The translations under genes and the position numbers were made by a program. From assembly GCA_038245295.1 (NCBI GenBank), contig JBBRSP010000061.1, positions 1 to 12,438 on the forward strand: 12,438 nucleotides of DNA, written 5' to 3'. This DNA comes from Candidatus Binatia bacterium (GTDB lineage Bacteria; Desulfobacterota; Binatia; HRBIN30). Below, one piece after another: positions 5,141 to 12,438 of this stretch (position 1 is the stretch's first letter; each line of letters opens with the position of its first letter). The notes under the pieces were generated by a model that had not been told where the DNA came from, did no database searches, and saw only the letters and a program-made list of their open reading frames with translations.

Positions 5141-5725
5141 ATGCCAAGCTATGTCATTCTTGGAGCAGCCGGCGGCATCGGTTCGGCGTTGTGCGAGCGC
5201 CTGGCGGCATCCGGCGCGCAGCTCGTTCTCGGCGGTCGCGATGCGCAGCAGCTCGAGCCTTTGGCTCTCGCAACCGGAGGCCATCCATTCACACTCGACG
5301 CGACCGTCCCCGCGCAGGTGGAAGCCTGCACGCAGGCAGCCGTCGAGCGCTACGGCCGCCTCGATGGCATTGCCAACTGCGTCGGCTCGCTGCTGCTGAA
5401 GCCTGCCCACTTGACCTCGGATGACGAGTGGGCTGCAACGATCGGCCTGACGCTCGCTGCCGCCGCATCCTATGGGGCACGCGGCATCCGCGTGAACTGC
5501 GTGGCTCCGGGCCTGGTGCGCACGCCATTGACGGCGCGCGTCACTGGCAACGACGCGGCGTTGAAGGCCTCGGTGGCAATGCACGCGCTCGGGCGGATCG
5601 GAGAGCCCGGGGAGGTTGCTGCCGCTCTGGCGTGGCTCCTCGACCCTGCGCAAGGGTGGGTGACGGGACAGGTGCTCGGCGTTGACGGCGGACTCGGGAG
5701 CGTCCGCGCCCGGGGGATGGCATGA
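5141..5725 (+). pseudogene. Short-chain dehydrogenase/reductase (SDR) with an in-frame internal deletion of the catalytic segment
   Basis: AAGGAG SD. Rossmann motif GAAGGIG, then YGRLDGIANCVG and C-terminal GIRVNCVAPG..WVTGQVLGVDGG are present. The protein is only 194 aa: EWAATI joins directly to GLTLAAAA, with no NxxS/G helix, catalytic Ser strand or xxxxK helix. Confidence 0.8.
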
Positions 5726-6225
5726 GCGCGCTGCGACCAGTGCCGATCCGGCCAGCGTCCGGCCAGGAATCGGCATGGGACTACCCTCGTCCGCCGCGAC
5801 TCGAGCCGACGCCGAAGCGCATTCAGGTCGTCTTCGCCGGCGTGACGATTGCCGACACCACCCACGCCTGGCGTGTTCTCGAGACGAGTCATCCCCCCGT
5901 CTACTACCTGCCCCCCAGCGATGTGCGGTGTGACCTGCTGGTGCCCAGTCGACGGGCCTCCGGCTGCGAATGGAAAGGTCAGGCGGCGTACTGGTCGCTC
6001 ATCGTGGGAAACCAGCAAGCCCCTGATGCTGTCTACGCCTACCCGGCGCCCACCCCGGCCTTTGGCGCCATCCGCGGGTACTTCGCCTTCTATGCCGGCC
6101 CGATGGACGCGTGCTACGTCGACGGTGAGACAGTCACTCCGCAAGCGGGCGGCTTCTATGGCGGGTGGATCACTGGCGACATTGTCGGACCGTTCAAGGG
6201 TGGACCTGGCACAGCGGGTTGGTAA
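5722..6225 (+). CDS. DUF427 domain-containing protein (167 aa)
   Basis: Motifs QESAWDYPRPP, RVLETSHPPVYYLP, CEWKGQAAYW, FYGGWIT and GPFKG. ATGA overlap with the SDR stop codon. Confidence 0.92.
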   Translation: MSALRPVPIRPASGQESAWDYPRPPRLEPTPKRIQVVFAGVTIADTTHAWRVLETSHPPVYYLPPSDVRCDLLVPSRRASGCEWKGQAAYWSLIVGNQQAPDAVYAYPAPTPAFGAIRGYFAFYAGPMDACYVDGETVTPQAGGFYGGWITGDIVGPFKGGPGTAGW

Positions 6226-6420
6226 CCTACGGCGGTTGCACCATGGGCCTCAGAGATCACACCGACGCGGATCGCCAGTCCAGTCGCCTTTGCGAGGGAG
6301 GTCCGCTCTGATACGAAAAAAGCCTTTGAAACGCAGGCCGACGTTTTGGATGCTAGGCAGCATGCTTGCTTGGCGCGCGCGGCGCGGGCTTGGGGAGACG
6401 TACAAGAGGGGGTTTACGTG

Positions 6421-6864
6421 ATGCAGGTAATCGGCGGGCCTTGGTCGGGGGATGAAATCGAGCGGTATCTGCGAACTGTGGTGCTGCCCATACGGCTTGC
6501 ATCGATTGCCGCCGACGGCTCGCCGGTCGTGCTCTCGCTCTGGTACCTGTACGAAGAAGGAGCCATCTGGTGTGCGACGCAGCGGACGGCGCGCATCATT
6601 GCGCGCCTCGAACGCGAGCCACGCTGCGGCTTCGAGATCGCCGCGGACACCACTCCGTATCGAGGGGTCCGGGGGCGCGCGCAGGCTGCCATCGATGTAC
6701 AACGCGGTGCCATCATGCTGCCCCGACTCATCCATCGCTACCTGGGGGGCACCGATTCGCCGCTCGCGTCCTGGTTACTGGCGCGCGCCGAGAACGAGGT
6801 GGTGATTCGCCTCGACCACCTGCGCCTCAGCACGTGGGATTTTTCGGCGCGGATGACGCAGTGA
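6421..6864 (+). CDS. Pyridoxamine 5'-phosphate oxidase-like (split-barrel flavin-binding) protein (147 aa)
   Basis: RLASIAADGSPVVLSLWY..GAIWCAT..R..EPRCGFEI..PYRGVRGRA..SxWDFS. GAGGGG SD precedes GTG 6418/ATG 6421. Confidence 0.85.
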   Translation: MQVIGGPWSGDEIERYLRTVVLPIRLASIAADGSPVVLSLWYLYEEGAIWCATQRTARIIARLEREPRCGFEIAADTTPYRGVRGRAQAAIDVQRGAIMLPRLIHRYLGGTDSPLASWLLARAENEVVIRLDHLRLSTWDFSARMTQ

Positions 6865-7049
6865 CCCCGGGCACGGCGGTGCGCAGCGGCTCGCCAAGTG
6901 GCATCTCATGAGGCCGCTCGTGTTCGTCATCGACGTGGGCCCAGTCGCCCTATGCCATGGCCGGCGACTCGAGCGCGTGATCGTTGTTGGCGGGCCGGCT
7001 GAGAGGCGAACAGCAAGCCATGTGGCGCGAGAAAGTTCCAGGACTTGAG

Positions 7050-8111
7050 ATGCGGTCCCTGACGAACTTGGCGATCACGTGGATCGAACAGGGATGGATT
7101 CCCGACGTGATGATCCGCCCGGGCATCCGGTGGGTGTTGCGACAGCGCCTGACTGCGCTCCCGCTTCACGATGTCGAAGCCGCTGCCGCAGCCATCGCGG
7201 CGTTCGTGGAGCGGATGAACGCCGCGCCGATCGCTCTCGTGCCGGAGCAGGCCAACGAGCAGCATTACGAGGTGCCGGCGGCGTTCTTTGATGAGGTGCT
7301 CGGCCGCCAACGCAAGTACAGCTGTTGCTTCTGGGGTGAGGGCATTCAGACGCTCGATGCGGCCGAGGTGGCGGCGCTTGCCATCACCGGCGAGCGCGCC
7401 GGGGTGGCGGACGGCATGGAGGTCCTCGATCTCGGCTGTGGGTGGGGTTCACTCACGCTGTGGATGGCGGAGCACTATCCCACGAGTCGCATCACCGCCG
7501 TGTCCAACTCGCATTCGCAAGGGGCCTACATCCTGGCGCAGGCGAAGCGGCAGGGGCTACAGAACGTGCGGGTCATCACCGCGGACATGAACGAGTTCGA
7601 TATTGACGGCAGGTTCGACCGGGTCGTGTCGGTCGAGATGTTCGAGCACATGCGCAACTACCGCGTCCTCTTCGAGCGCATTCATCGCTGGCTCAAGCCG
7701 GGAGGGCGTTTCTTTCTGCATATCTTCGTGCATCGTGCGGTGCCGTACGAATTCATCGATAACGGCCCCGCCGACTGGATGAGCCGGCATTTCTTCTCGG
7801 GCGGCATCATGCCCAGCGATGAGCTGCCGTTGCACTTCCAGGAGCACCTCCGGGTCATCAGCCGCTGGCGCTGGAACGGCCAGCACTACGAAAGGACCCT
7901 GCGTGCCTGGCTCGCCAACATGGACCGGCGCCGCGCTACGGTGTGGCCGATCCTCGAGCGGACCTATGGCGCAGACGCCGCGCAGCAGTGGTGGATGCGC
8001 TGGCGCATGTTCTTCATGGCCTGCGCCGAACTGTTCGGCCATCGCCGCGGGCAGGAGTGGTGGGTGAGCCACTACCTGTTCGAGCCCGTCACTGACGTGC
8101 GCAAGGATTGA
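7050..8111 (+). CDS. Class I SAM-dependent methyltransferase, cyclopropane-fatty-acyl-phospholipid synthase/coclaurine N-methyltransferase-like (353 aa)
   Basis: Motifs ANEQHYEVP, KYSCCFW, VLDLGCGWGS, FDRVVSVEMFEHMRNY, FFSGGIMPS and WRMFFMACAELF. Start placed at ATG 7050 (AGGA upstream); 7020 is an alternative. Confidence 0.92.
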   Translation: MRSLTNLAITWIEQGWIPDVMIRPGIRWVLRQRLTALPLHDVEAAAAAIAAFVERMNAAPIALVPEQANEQHYEVPAAFFDEVLGRQRKYSCCFWGEGIQTLDAAEVAALAITGERAGVADGMEVLDLGCGWGSLTLWMAEHYPTSRITAVSNSHSQGAYILAQAKRQGLQNVRVITADMNEFDIDGRFDRVVSVEMFEHMRNYRVLFERIHRWLKPGGRFFLHIFVHRAVPYEFIDNGPADWMSRHFFSGGIMPSDELPLHFQEHLRVISRWRWNGQHYERTLRAWLANMDRRRATVWPILERTYGADAAQQWWMRWRMFFMACAELFGHRRGQEWWVSHYLFEPVTDVRKD

Positions 8112-8290
8112 GGCACCACACGGCCGCCGACGATGCTCACGTGCCGGGAGCAACTTCTCAAGCAAATGGTGACGTGAACGGGCCAGAGCTGCGGGTTGCA
8201 TTGGCCGGGATGGGAGTGGTTACTCCTCCGCTTTCTGACTCCTGACAATCTGGCAAGAGCCGAATCATCTGGGAGCGCGCCCGGTGTTGA

Positions 8291-8306
8291 TGGCGCGGGA
8301 TATGCA
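8291..8306 (+). promoter_or_regulatory. Candidate sigma-54 promoter TGGCGCGGGATATGCA
   Basis: GG-N10-GC spacing with TGGC and TGCA, about 95 nt upstream of ATG 8401. Confidence 0.3.
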
Positions 8307-8400
8307 CGGTGATGAGGCGGGCATCCAGCATCGTGCCGATTTGCGTGGAGAAAGTTCCCGTTGCTCATTGCATCCCGAGTCGGGGCGAGGAGGCGTTGCA

Positions 8401-11400
8401 ATGAAAGCCACATTGACGGTCGGAGCATGTGCCACGATGCTGTGGGCTGGGACGACGTTCGCTAGCCCTCCCCGCGGCACTGTTGGCGACCACTGGGCGG
8501 ATGTAGTTGTCGGGAAGCCGGACTTCTCGGAGATCAACCCGAACGCAACGGTCAGCAATAGGCTATGGCTCCCGCCACACAGTAACGGTGGCGGAGTGAT
8601 CGTCGATCGTACGGCCACTCCCAACCGAATGTACGTATACGATAGCGGCAACAATCGTATCCTTGGCTTGGGCCTCGGCGACACGTGTTTCTCGTCGAGC
8701 ACAAATCCATTGGGCTGTTCAGCCGACCTGGTCATCGGACAGCCAAACATGAACACCTCCGCCTGCAACGGCGACTCCGGGTTTCAACTCTACCCGGCGC
8801 GCGCCCCCGCTTCCGCTGGCACGCTCTGCCTTGAGCAAGAATCCCAACTCAGCGTCAGCGAGGGTGCCTCCAATGCCAGCATGGCTATAGACCTAGCCGG
8901 CAGCCTTTATGTCACCGATTTCGTCAACCATCGCGTCTTGAAGTACCTCTCGCCCTTTACCACGGATACCATCGCCGACGACGTGTGGGGCCAAGGCAAT
9001 TTCACCGGCAACGCCTGCAATAGAGGAATGGCGTCGCCTGACGCGACGTCTCTTTGCTTTGCATGGGCCAACCCCGTGGGCCAGGGCGACAACCCCCTGG
9101 CCGGGGTCGATATCGACTCACTCGGGAATCTCTGGGTCGTTGACAGCGGCAACAACCGCGTTTTGCGCTTTCCTCAAGGTCTGAAGGCTGCAGATTTGGT
9201 GCTGGGCCAAGCCAGCTTCAACACCGATGGTGCGGGCAACGGATTGAGTCAGTTTCACGGCCCTGCGGCCGTGCGCATCAATAGCGCCGGGCGGGTCTAT
9301 GTATCCGATGCTGTGAATAACCGGGTCCTCTACTTCGATCCACCGCTGTCGTCAGGCATGAGCGGCCAGGTGTTCGCCTCTACGTCCGATTTTCTGCAGC
9401 CGAGGGGTATGGATGTCGACCCGACGCAGGCTGGATTATGGATCGGAAATTTCGGGCACCGCACATTTGAGCGCTGGGATGAAGGCACGCAGACGAAGGT
9501 CCAGACGATCGCCATGTGGACGGGCGGTGGTATCGGGATCGATTCGGGTGGCGACTTGTTTATTTCGGGTGGGGACCAAAGTGGCTCGATTTTGCACGAT
9601 GTCGTGAAGATTGCGAAGAGCGATCCTTCGACGCACATTCGGCTCTTCGGCAATAGCGGTCCTGGCAACCTCGTAACCAACTATGCTCTGGGTGAGCTCG
9701 AGCAGGTAGTCGTCGCACACCACCCATCGAACCCAGCGAATGACCAGTTGATTGCTTTGGACGGGAGAATCCTGTTTTGGAACAACCCGCTCTCACTTGC
9801 CAACGGACAGGTTGCTGACGGAGTACTTCCACTCATCGGTTCCTACATCAACTCAATCACTACCGATCAGACGGGCCACCTCTATGCCTATCACATTGAA
9901 ACGGGGGGTATCGCGCATCCGGAGATCTGGGTGTACCAGACACCATTAAGCTCAAGCTCTCAGCCGACCAAAATTTCAATCGGAAGCCTGCCGCTCTTGG
10001 GCGGAGCGGGAGCGATCACCCACGCTGATTGGGATCCGGTATGGGGTCTGGCTGCAACCCCTGGGGGTGATTTCCTTTGGTTGATCGACTCCGGCAAGAG
10101 CCGCGTTGTGCGGATCCGCAATCCACGGACAAACCCGGAAGTGGATGTTGTGCTGGGTCAAACGGATTCCGTCGGAAGCTACTGCAATCAGGATCCCCAA
10201 AACAGGAGTTCTGTGACGGCGCCGGGGAACACCCTTTGTTGGGCGGGTTCTGTGGCGCTGGATCACTACGGCAATGTGTGGGTCTCCGACGATGCGCTCG
10301 AGGCGCAAGGCAACTTCAGGCTGTTAGAGTTCAGCGCTTCGCTGTTTGACACGGCGGCTTTTCAGGCGAATGGCAACCAGGTCATTTATGGTCCGAGCGC
10401 CTCAAAGATCTTTCCCAAGATGGCCACGTGGCAGCCGGCGTTCGACTCGCAAAACAGGATGGTGGTCGGATTCAACCCGTACCCGTTCAATCCAAGCGAT
10501 AGTCCCAATCCTGACGGATGGCGGTTCCCAGCCATTTATGACAATCCGTTGGCGGCGAATCCAAGGTTGCCGGACGGATACCTGAACGACTTTTACTCGC
10601 AAGCCTTCTCCGCCGTGTTCGACGCGAACGACAATTTATATGTTGGAGACCTCAACCGATCGCGAATCCTGATTTACAAGTTTGCGCTGGCGAACAGCCA
10701 AACATGTACGAGCGCTGCGCAGTGTGGGAGTGGCTTCTGCGTCGACGGCGTGTGCTGCAACTCGGCATGTGGCGACGAGATCACCACCGACTGCCAGGCG
10801 TGCAGTGTAGCAGCCGGTGGCGTATCGGACGGAACCTGCACACCGATCACGGGCAAGCCTTGCAACGATGGCAATGCCTGCACACAAACGGACACATGTC
10901 AGAATGGTGCCTGTATCGGAACTAACCCAGTGGCCTGCGTACCACTAGACCAATGCCACGACGGCACGTGCAACACGGGTACGGGCCTGTGCTCCAACCA
11001 GAACAAGCCCGACAGCAGCGCGTGCAACGACAGCAACGCATGTACACAGATCGACACCTGCCAGGGTGGTACGTGCACCGGGGCGAATCCGGTGGTCTGC
11101 GCGGCGCTCGACCAGTGCCACATCGTGGGCACATGCAACACGGGCACGGGGACATGCTCCAACCCGGCTAAGCCGAACGGCACCGCCTGCAACGACGGCG
11201 ACGGCTGTCCGGCCGACTCCTGTCAGTCGGGTGCCTGCCAGCCGGTCGGCTGCCCGAACGTGGATGCTGTGGTGCTGCCCGGCAAACCGCTCAAGGTGAC
11301 CATTGCATCCAACACGACCTCGGTGACCAAGACGCTTTCTATCGCGGTGCGCAACGCCGACACGGTGGACCGCACTATCGCCCTGAGCGTCGACGCAAGC

Positions 11401-12114
11401 GCCTGCCCTAGCGGCATGGCCGGTGCTCTGGACTTTGATCCAACCACCCCAACCGTCGCCGACACCAGCATCATGGTGCCGGCCGGCAAGACAAAGAAGG
11501 CGAAGCTGCCGCTGACCATCAACAGCTCCGACTTCGCCAGCTTCAACTTCAAGGCACCGGCGCGCTGCACGCTCTTGTTCACCGCTTCGGCGGCGGTCCT
11601 CGGCGGCAGCAACGATCCGAACCCGTCGAACAACGCGGCGGTGGTGGAGCTGAGCGTGATCGACAAGAACGACCCAGAGCAGACTGTCACCCACGAGACG
11701 ACGATCAAGAGTGCGAGGCCGACCAGCCTCAGCATCGGCATCGGCAAGACGACGGGGACCAAGAAGCTAACCGCCGCGGTTGGCAACGCCGACTACAAGC
11801 CAACGGCCGAGAACCCGGGAGACGCGATCACGCTGAGCGCCAGCACGGCTTGCACCGGGCTGACGTTGAGCACACCGATCTGTGATCCGCTGACCACAAG
11901 CGCCACGGTGACGGTCAAAGGCGGTACGACCAAGAGCTGCAAGCTGACCGCGACGGCGAACGCCAGTCAGATCACCACGGCTAACCAGAAGTCCCCGCAA
12001 CGCTGTAGGGTAACCCTGACGGCCACGGGTCCAAGCAATCCGCAAATGTCCCCACTGGACGGCAGCAACAACAGCACTGAACTGGTGATAGACGTGTTGG
12101 ACAAGAACGACTGA
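8401..12114 (+). CDS. Large secreted protein (1237 aa): NHL-repeat beta-propeller region, Cys-rich repeats, two tandem C-terminal DKND-ending domains
   Basis: GGAGG SD and ATG 8401. Signal peptide MKATLTVGACATMLWAGTTFA|S. NHL blades YVYDSGNNRIL, YVTDFVNHRVL, WVVDSGNNRVL, YVSDAVNNRVL and YVGDLNRSRIL alternate with ADxVxGQ motifs. CNDGNACTQTDTC repeats start at 10861. Confidence 0.9.
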   Translation: MKATLTVGACATMLWAGTTFASPPRGTVGDHWADVVVGKPDFSEINPNATVSNRLWLPPHSNGGGVIVDRTATPNRMYVYDSGNNRILGLGLGDTCFSSSTNPLGCSADLVIGQPNMNTSACNGDSGFQLYPARAPASAGTLCLEQESQLSVSEGASNASMAIDLAGSLYVTDFVNHRVLKYLSPFTTDTIADDVWGQGNFTGNACNRGMASPDATSLCFAWANPVGQGDNPLAGVDIDSLGNLWVVDSGNNRVLRFPQGLKAADLVLGQASFNTDGAGNGLSQFHGPAAVRINSAGRVYVSDAVNNRVLYFDPPLSSGMSGQVFASTSDFLQPRGMDVDPTQAGLWIGNFGHRTFERWDEGTQTKVQTIAMWTGGGIGIDSGGDLFISGGDQSGSILHDVVKIAKSDPSTHIRLFGNSGPGNLVTNYALGELEQVVVAHHPSNPANDQLIALDGRILFWNNPLSLANGQVADGVLPLIGSYINSITTDQTGHLYAYHIETGGIAHPEIWVYQTPLSSSSQPTKISIGSLPLLGGAGAITHADWDPVWGLAATPGGDFLWLIDSGKSRVVRIRNPRTNPEVDVVLGQTDSVGSYCNQDPQNRSSVTAPGNTLCWAGSVALDHYGNVWVSDDALEAQGNFRLLEFSASLFDTAAFQANGNQVIYGPSASKIFPKMATWQPAFDSQNRMVVGFNPYPFNPSDSPNPDGWRFPAIYDNPLAANPRLPDGYLNDFYSQAFSAVFDANDNLYVGDLNRSRILIYKFALANSQTCTSAAQCGSGFCVDGVCCNSACGDEITTDCQACSVAAGGVSDGTCTPITGKPCNDGNACTQTDTCQNGACIGTNPVACVPLDQCHDGTCNTGTGLCSNQNKPDSSACNDSNACTQIDTCQGGTCTGANPVVCAALDQCHIVGTCNTGTGTCSNPAKPNGTACNDGDGCPADSCQSGACQPVGCPNVDAVVLPGKPLKVTIASNTTSVTKTLSIAVRNADTVDRTIALSVDASACPSGMAGALDFDPTTPTVADTSIMVPAGKTKKAKLPLTINSSDFASFNFKAPARCTLLFTASAAVLGGSNDPNPSNNAAVVELSVIDKNDPEQTVTHETTIKSARPTSLSIGIGKTTGTKKLTAAVGNADYKPTAENPGDAITLSASTACTGLTLSTPICDPLTTSATVTVKGGTTKSCKLTATANASQITTANQKSPQRCRVTLTATGPSNPQMSPLDGSNNSTELVIDVLDKND
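10861..11253 (+). repeat. Cys-rich 54-55-aa tandem repeats (2 full plus 1 partial)
   Basis: CND starts at 10861, 11023 and 11188. Shared pattern CNDxNACTQxDTCQxGxCxGxNPVxC..LDQCH..GTCNTGTGxCSN..KP. Confidence 0.9.
11257..12111 (+). repeat. Tandem duplicated ~140-aa C-terminal domain
   Basis: Both copies share TKxL..AVxNAD, KxPxRC, D..SNN and terminal VxDKND. GACAAGAACGAC occurs at 11662-11673 and 12100-12111, 438 nt apart. Confidence 0.85.
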
Positions 12115-12189
12115 GAACCATGCGGCGGCCGGGTGCTGATGTCGTTACGTTAACGGTTCTCATCCTGGGTTCTGGGTTCGCGGTTCTCG

Positions 12190-12274
12190 ATGCGTTCGCG
12201 CGTGCGGGAAAACGGGAAAACGGGACGTAAAGCTTGTGAAAGAATCCCGTTTTCCCTGGCTTTGGTGAACGCAT
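12190..12274. repeat. Nested long inverted repeat downstream of the large gene
   Basis: Inner perfect 12-bp stem GGGAAAACGGGA (12214-12225)/TCCCGTTTTCCC (12245-12256). Outer stem ATGCGTTCGC (12190-12199)/GTGAACGCAT (12265-12274). CGGGAAAA is tandemly repeated at 12205-12225. Confidence 0.7.
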
Positions 12275-12412
12275 TCCGGGAGCCGTCAATTTTGAAATTC
12301 TAAGCCGAAATAGTTTGCGGAGTGAGCGTGGCGCGAGAATCGCTTGGTAGGATCGTTAGCGACCCTTCATGGATCTTCTGGTGGCACCTGAGGGGTTACT
12401 TTTCGCGGCCTC
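12230..12412. mobile_element. Possible degenerate IS1182-like MITE or IS remnant
   Basis: The ends AAGCTTGTGAAAGAA and TTACTTTTCGCGGCCTC resemble IS1182/IS5-type termini from recall, but match each other only loosely. No transposase and no clear target-site duplication. Confidence 0.25.
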
Positions 12413-12438
12413 TGGTCCTCTCAGCTGATCGATGCCAG

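Noticed and set aside
4755..5399. ORFs 4755-5072 (-), 4787-5053 (-) and 4827-5399 (+)
   Set aside because: No recognisable family or good SD. GRLPSRAEA only superficially resembles the FGE-type RLPTEAEWE motif. The region reads better as a promoter and leader.
6370..6410. RpoE-ChrR (ECF11) promoter suggested by CGTAC before the PNPOx-like gene
   Set aside because: No TGATC -35 element at the required spacing.
8284..8400. 39-aa N-terminal extension of the large ORF
   Set aside because: The GGAGG SD and signal peptide point to ATG 8401.
8907..12045. Numerous antisense and alternate-frame ORFs within the large gene
   Set aside because: Expected shadows in GC-rich coding DNA, with no motifs or independent starts.

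Overview
GC-rich bacterial accessory region. The Cys-rich secreted proteins suggest Candidatus Binatia or a deltaproteobacteria-like lineage (inference only). Contents in order: (1) a REP-like hairpin and an IS-end-like motif at the left edge; (2) a secreted modular protein (363-1577) with an unnamed ~170-aa domain, a Cys-rich linker and a DUF1554/endostatin-like C-terminus; (3) a minus-strand operon of five small general-stress-type genes, four of them missing from the ORF track (CsbD, coiled-coil protein, DUF3309, frameshifted second CsbD, 36-aa membrane peptide); (4) a four-helix-bundle gene remnant; (5) a secreted Cys-repeat gene (3534-4720) broken by a 37-nt deletion, whose C-terminal domain is homologous to the N-terminal domain of gene 2, and which shares a 33-bp upstream motif with it; (6) a cluster of an SDR with an internal deletion, DUF427, a PNPOx-like protein and a CFA-synthase-like methyltransferase; (7) a 1237-aa secreted NHL-propeller/Cys-repeat protein ending in two tandem ~140-aa domains that both finish in DKND; (8) a large inverted-repeat/IS-end-like segment at the right edge. 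No rRNA, tRNA, CRISPR array or transposase was seen. The best candidate for an undescribed system is the set of modular exported proteins with reusable terminal domains and a shared upstream motif.
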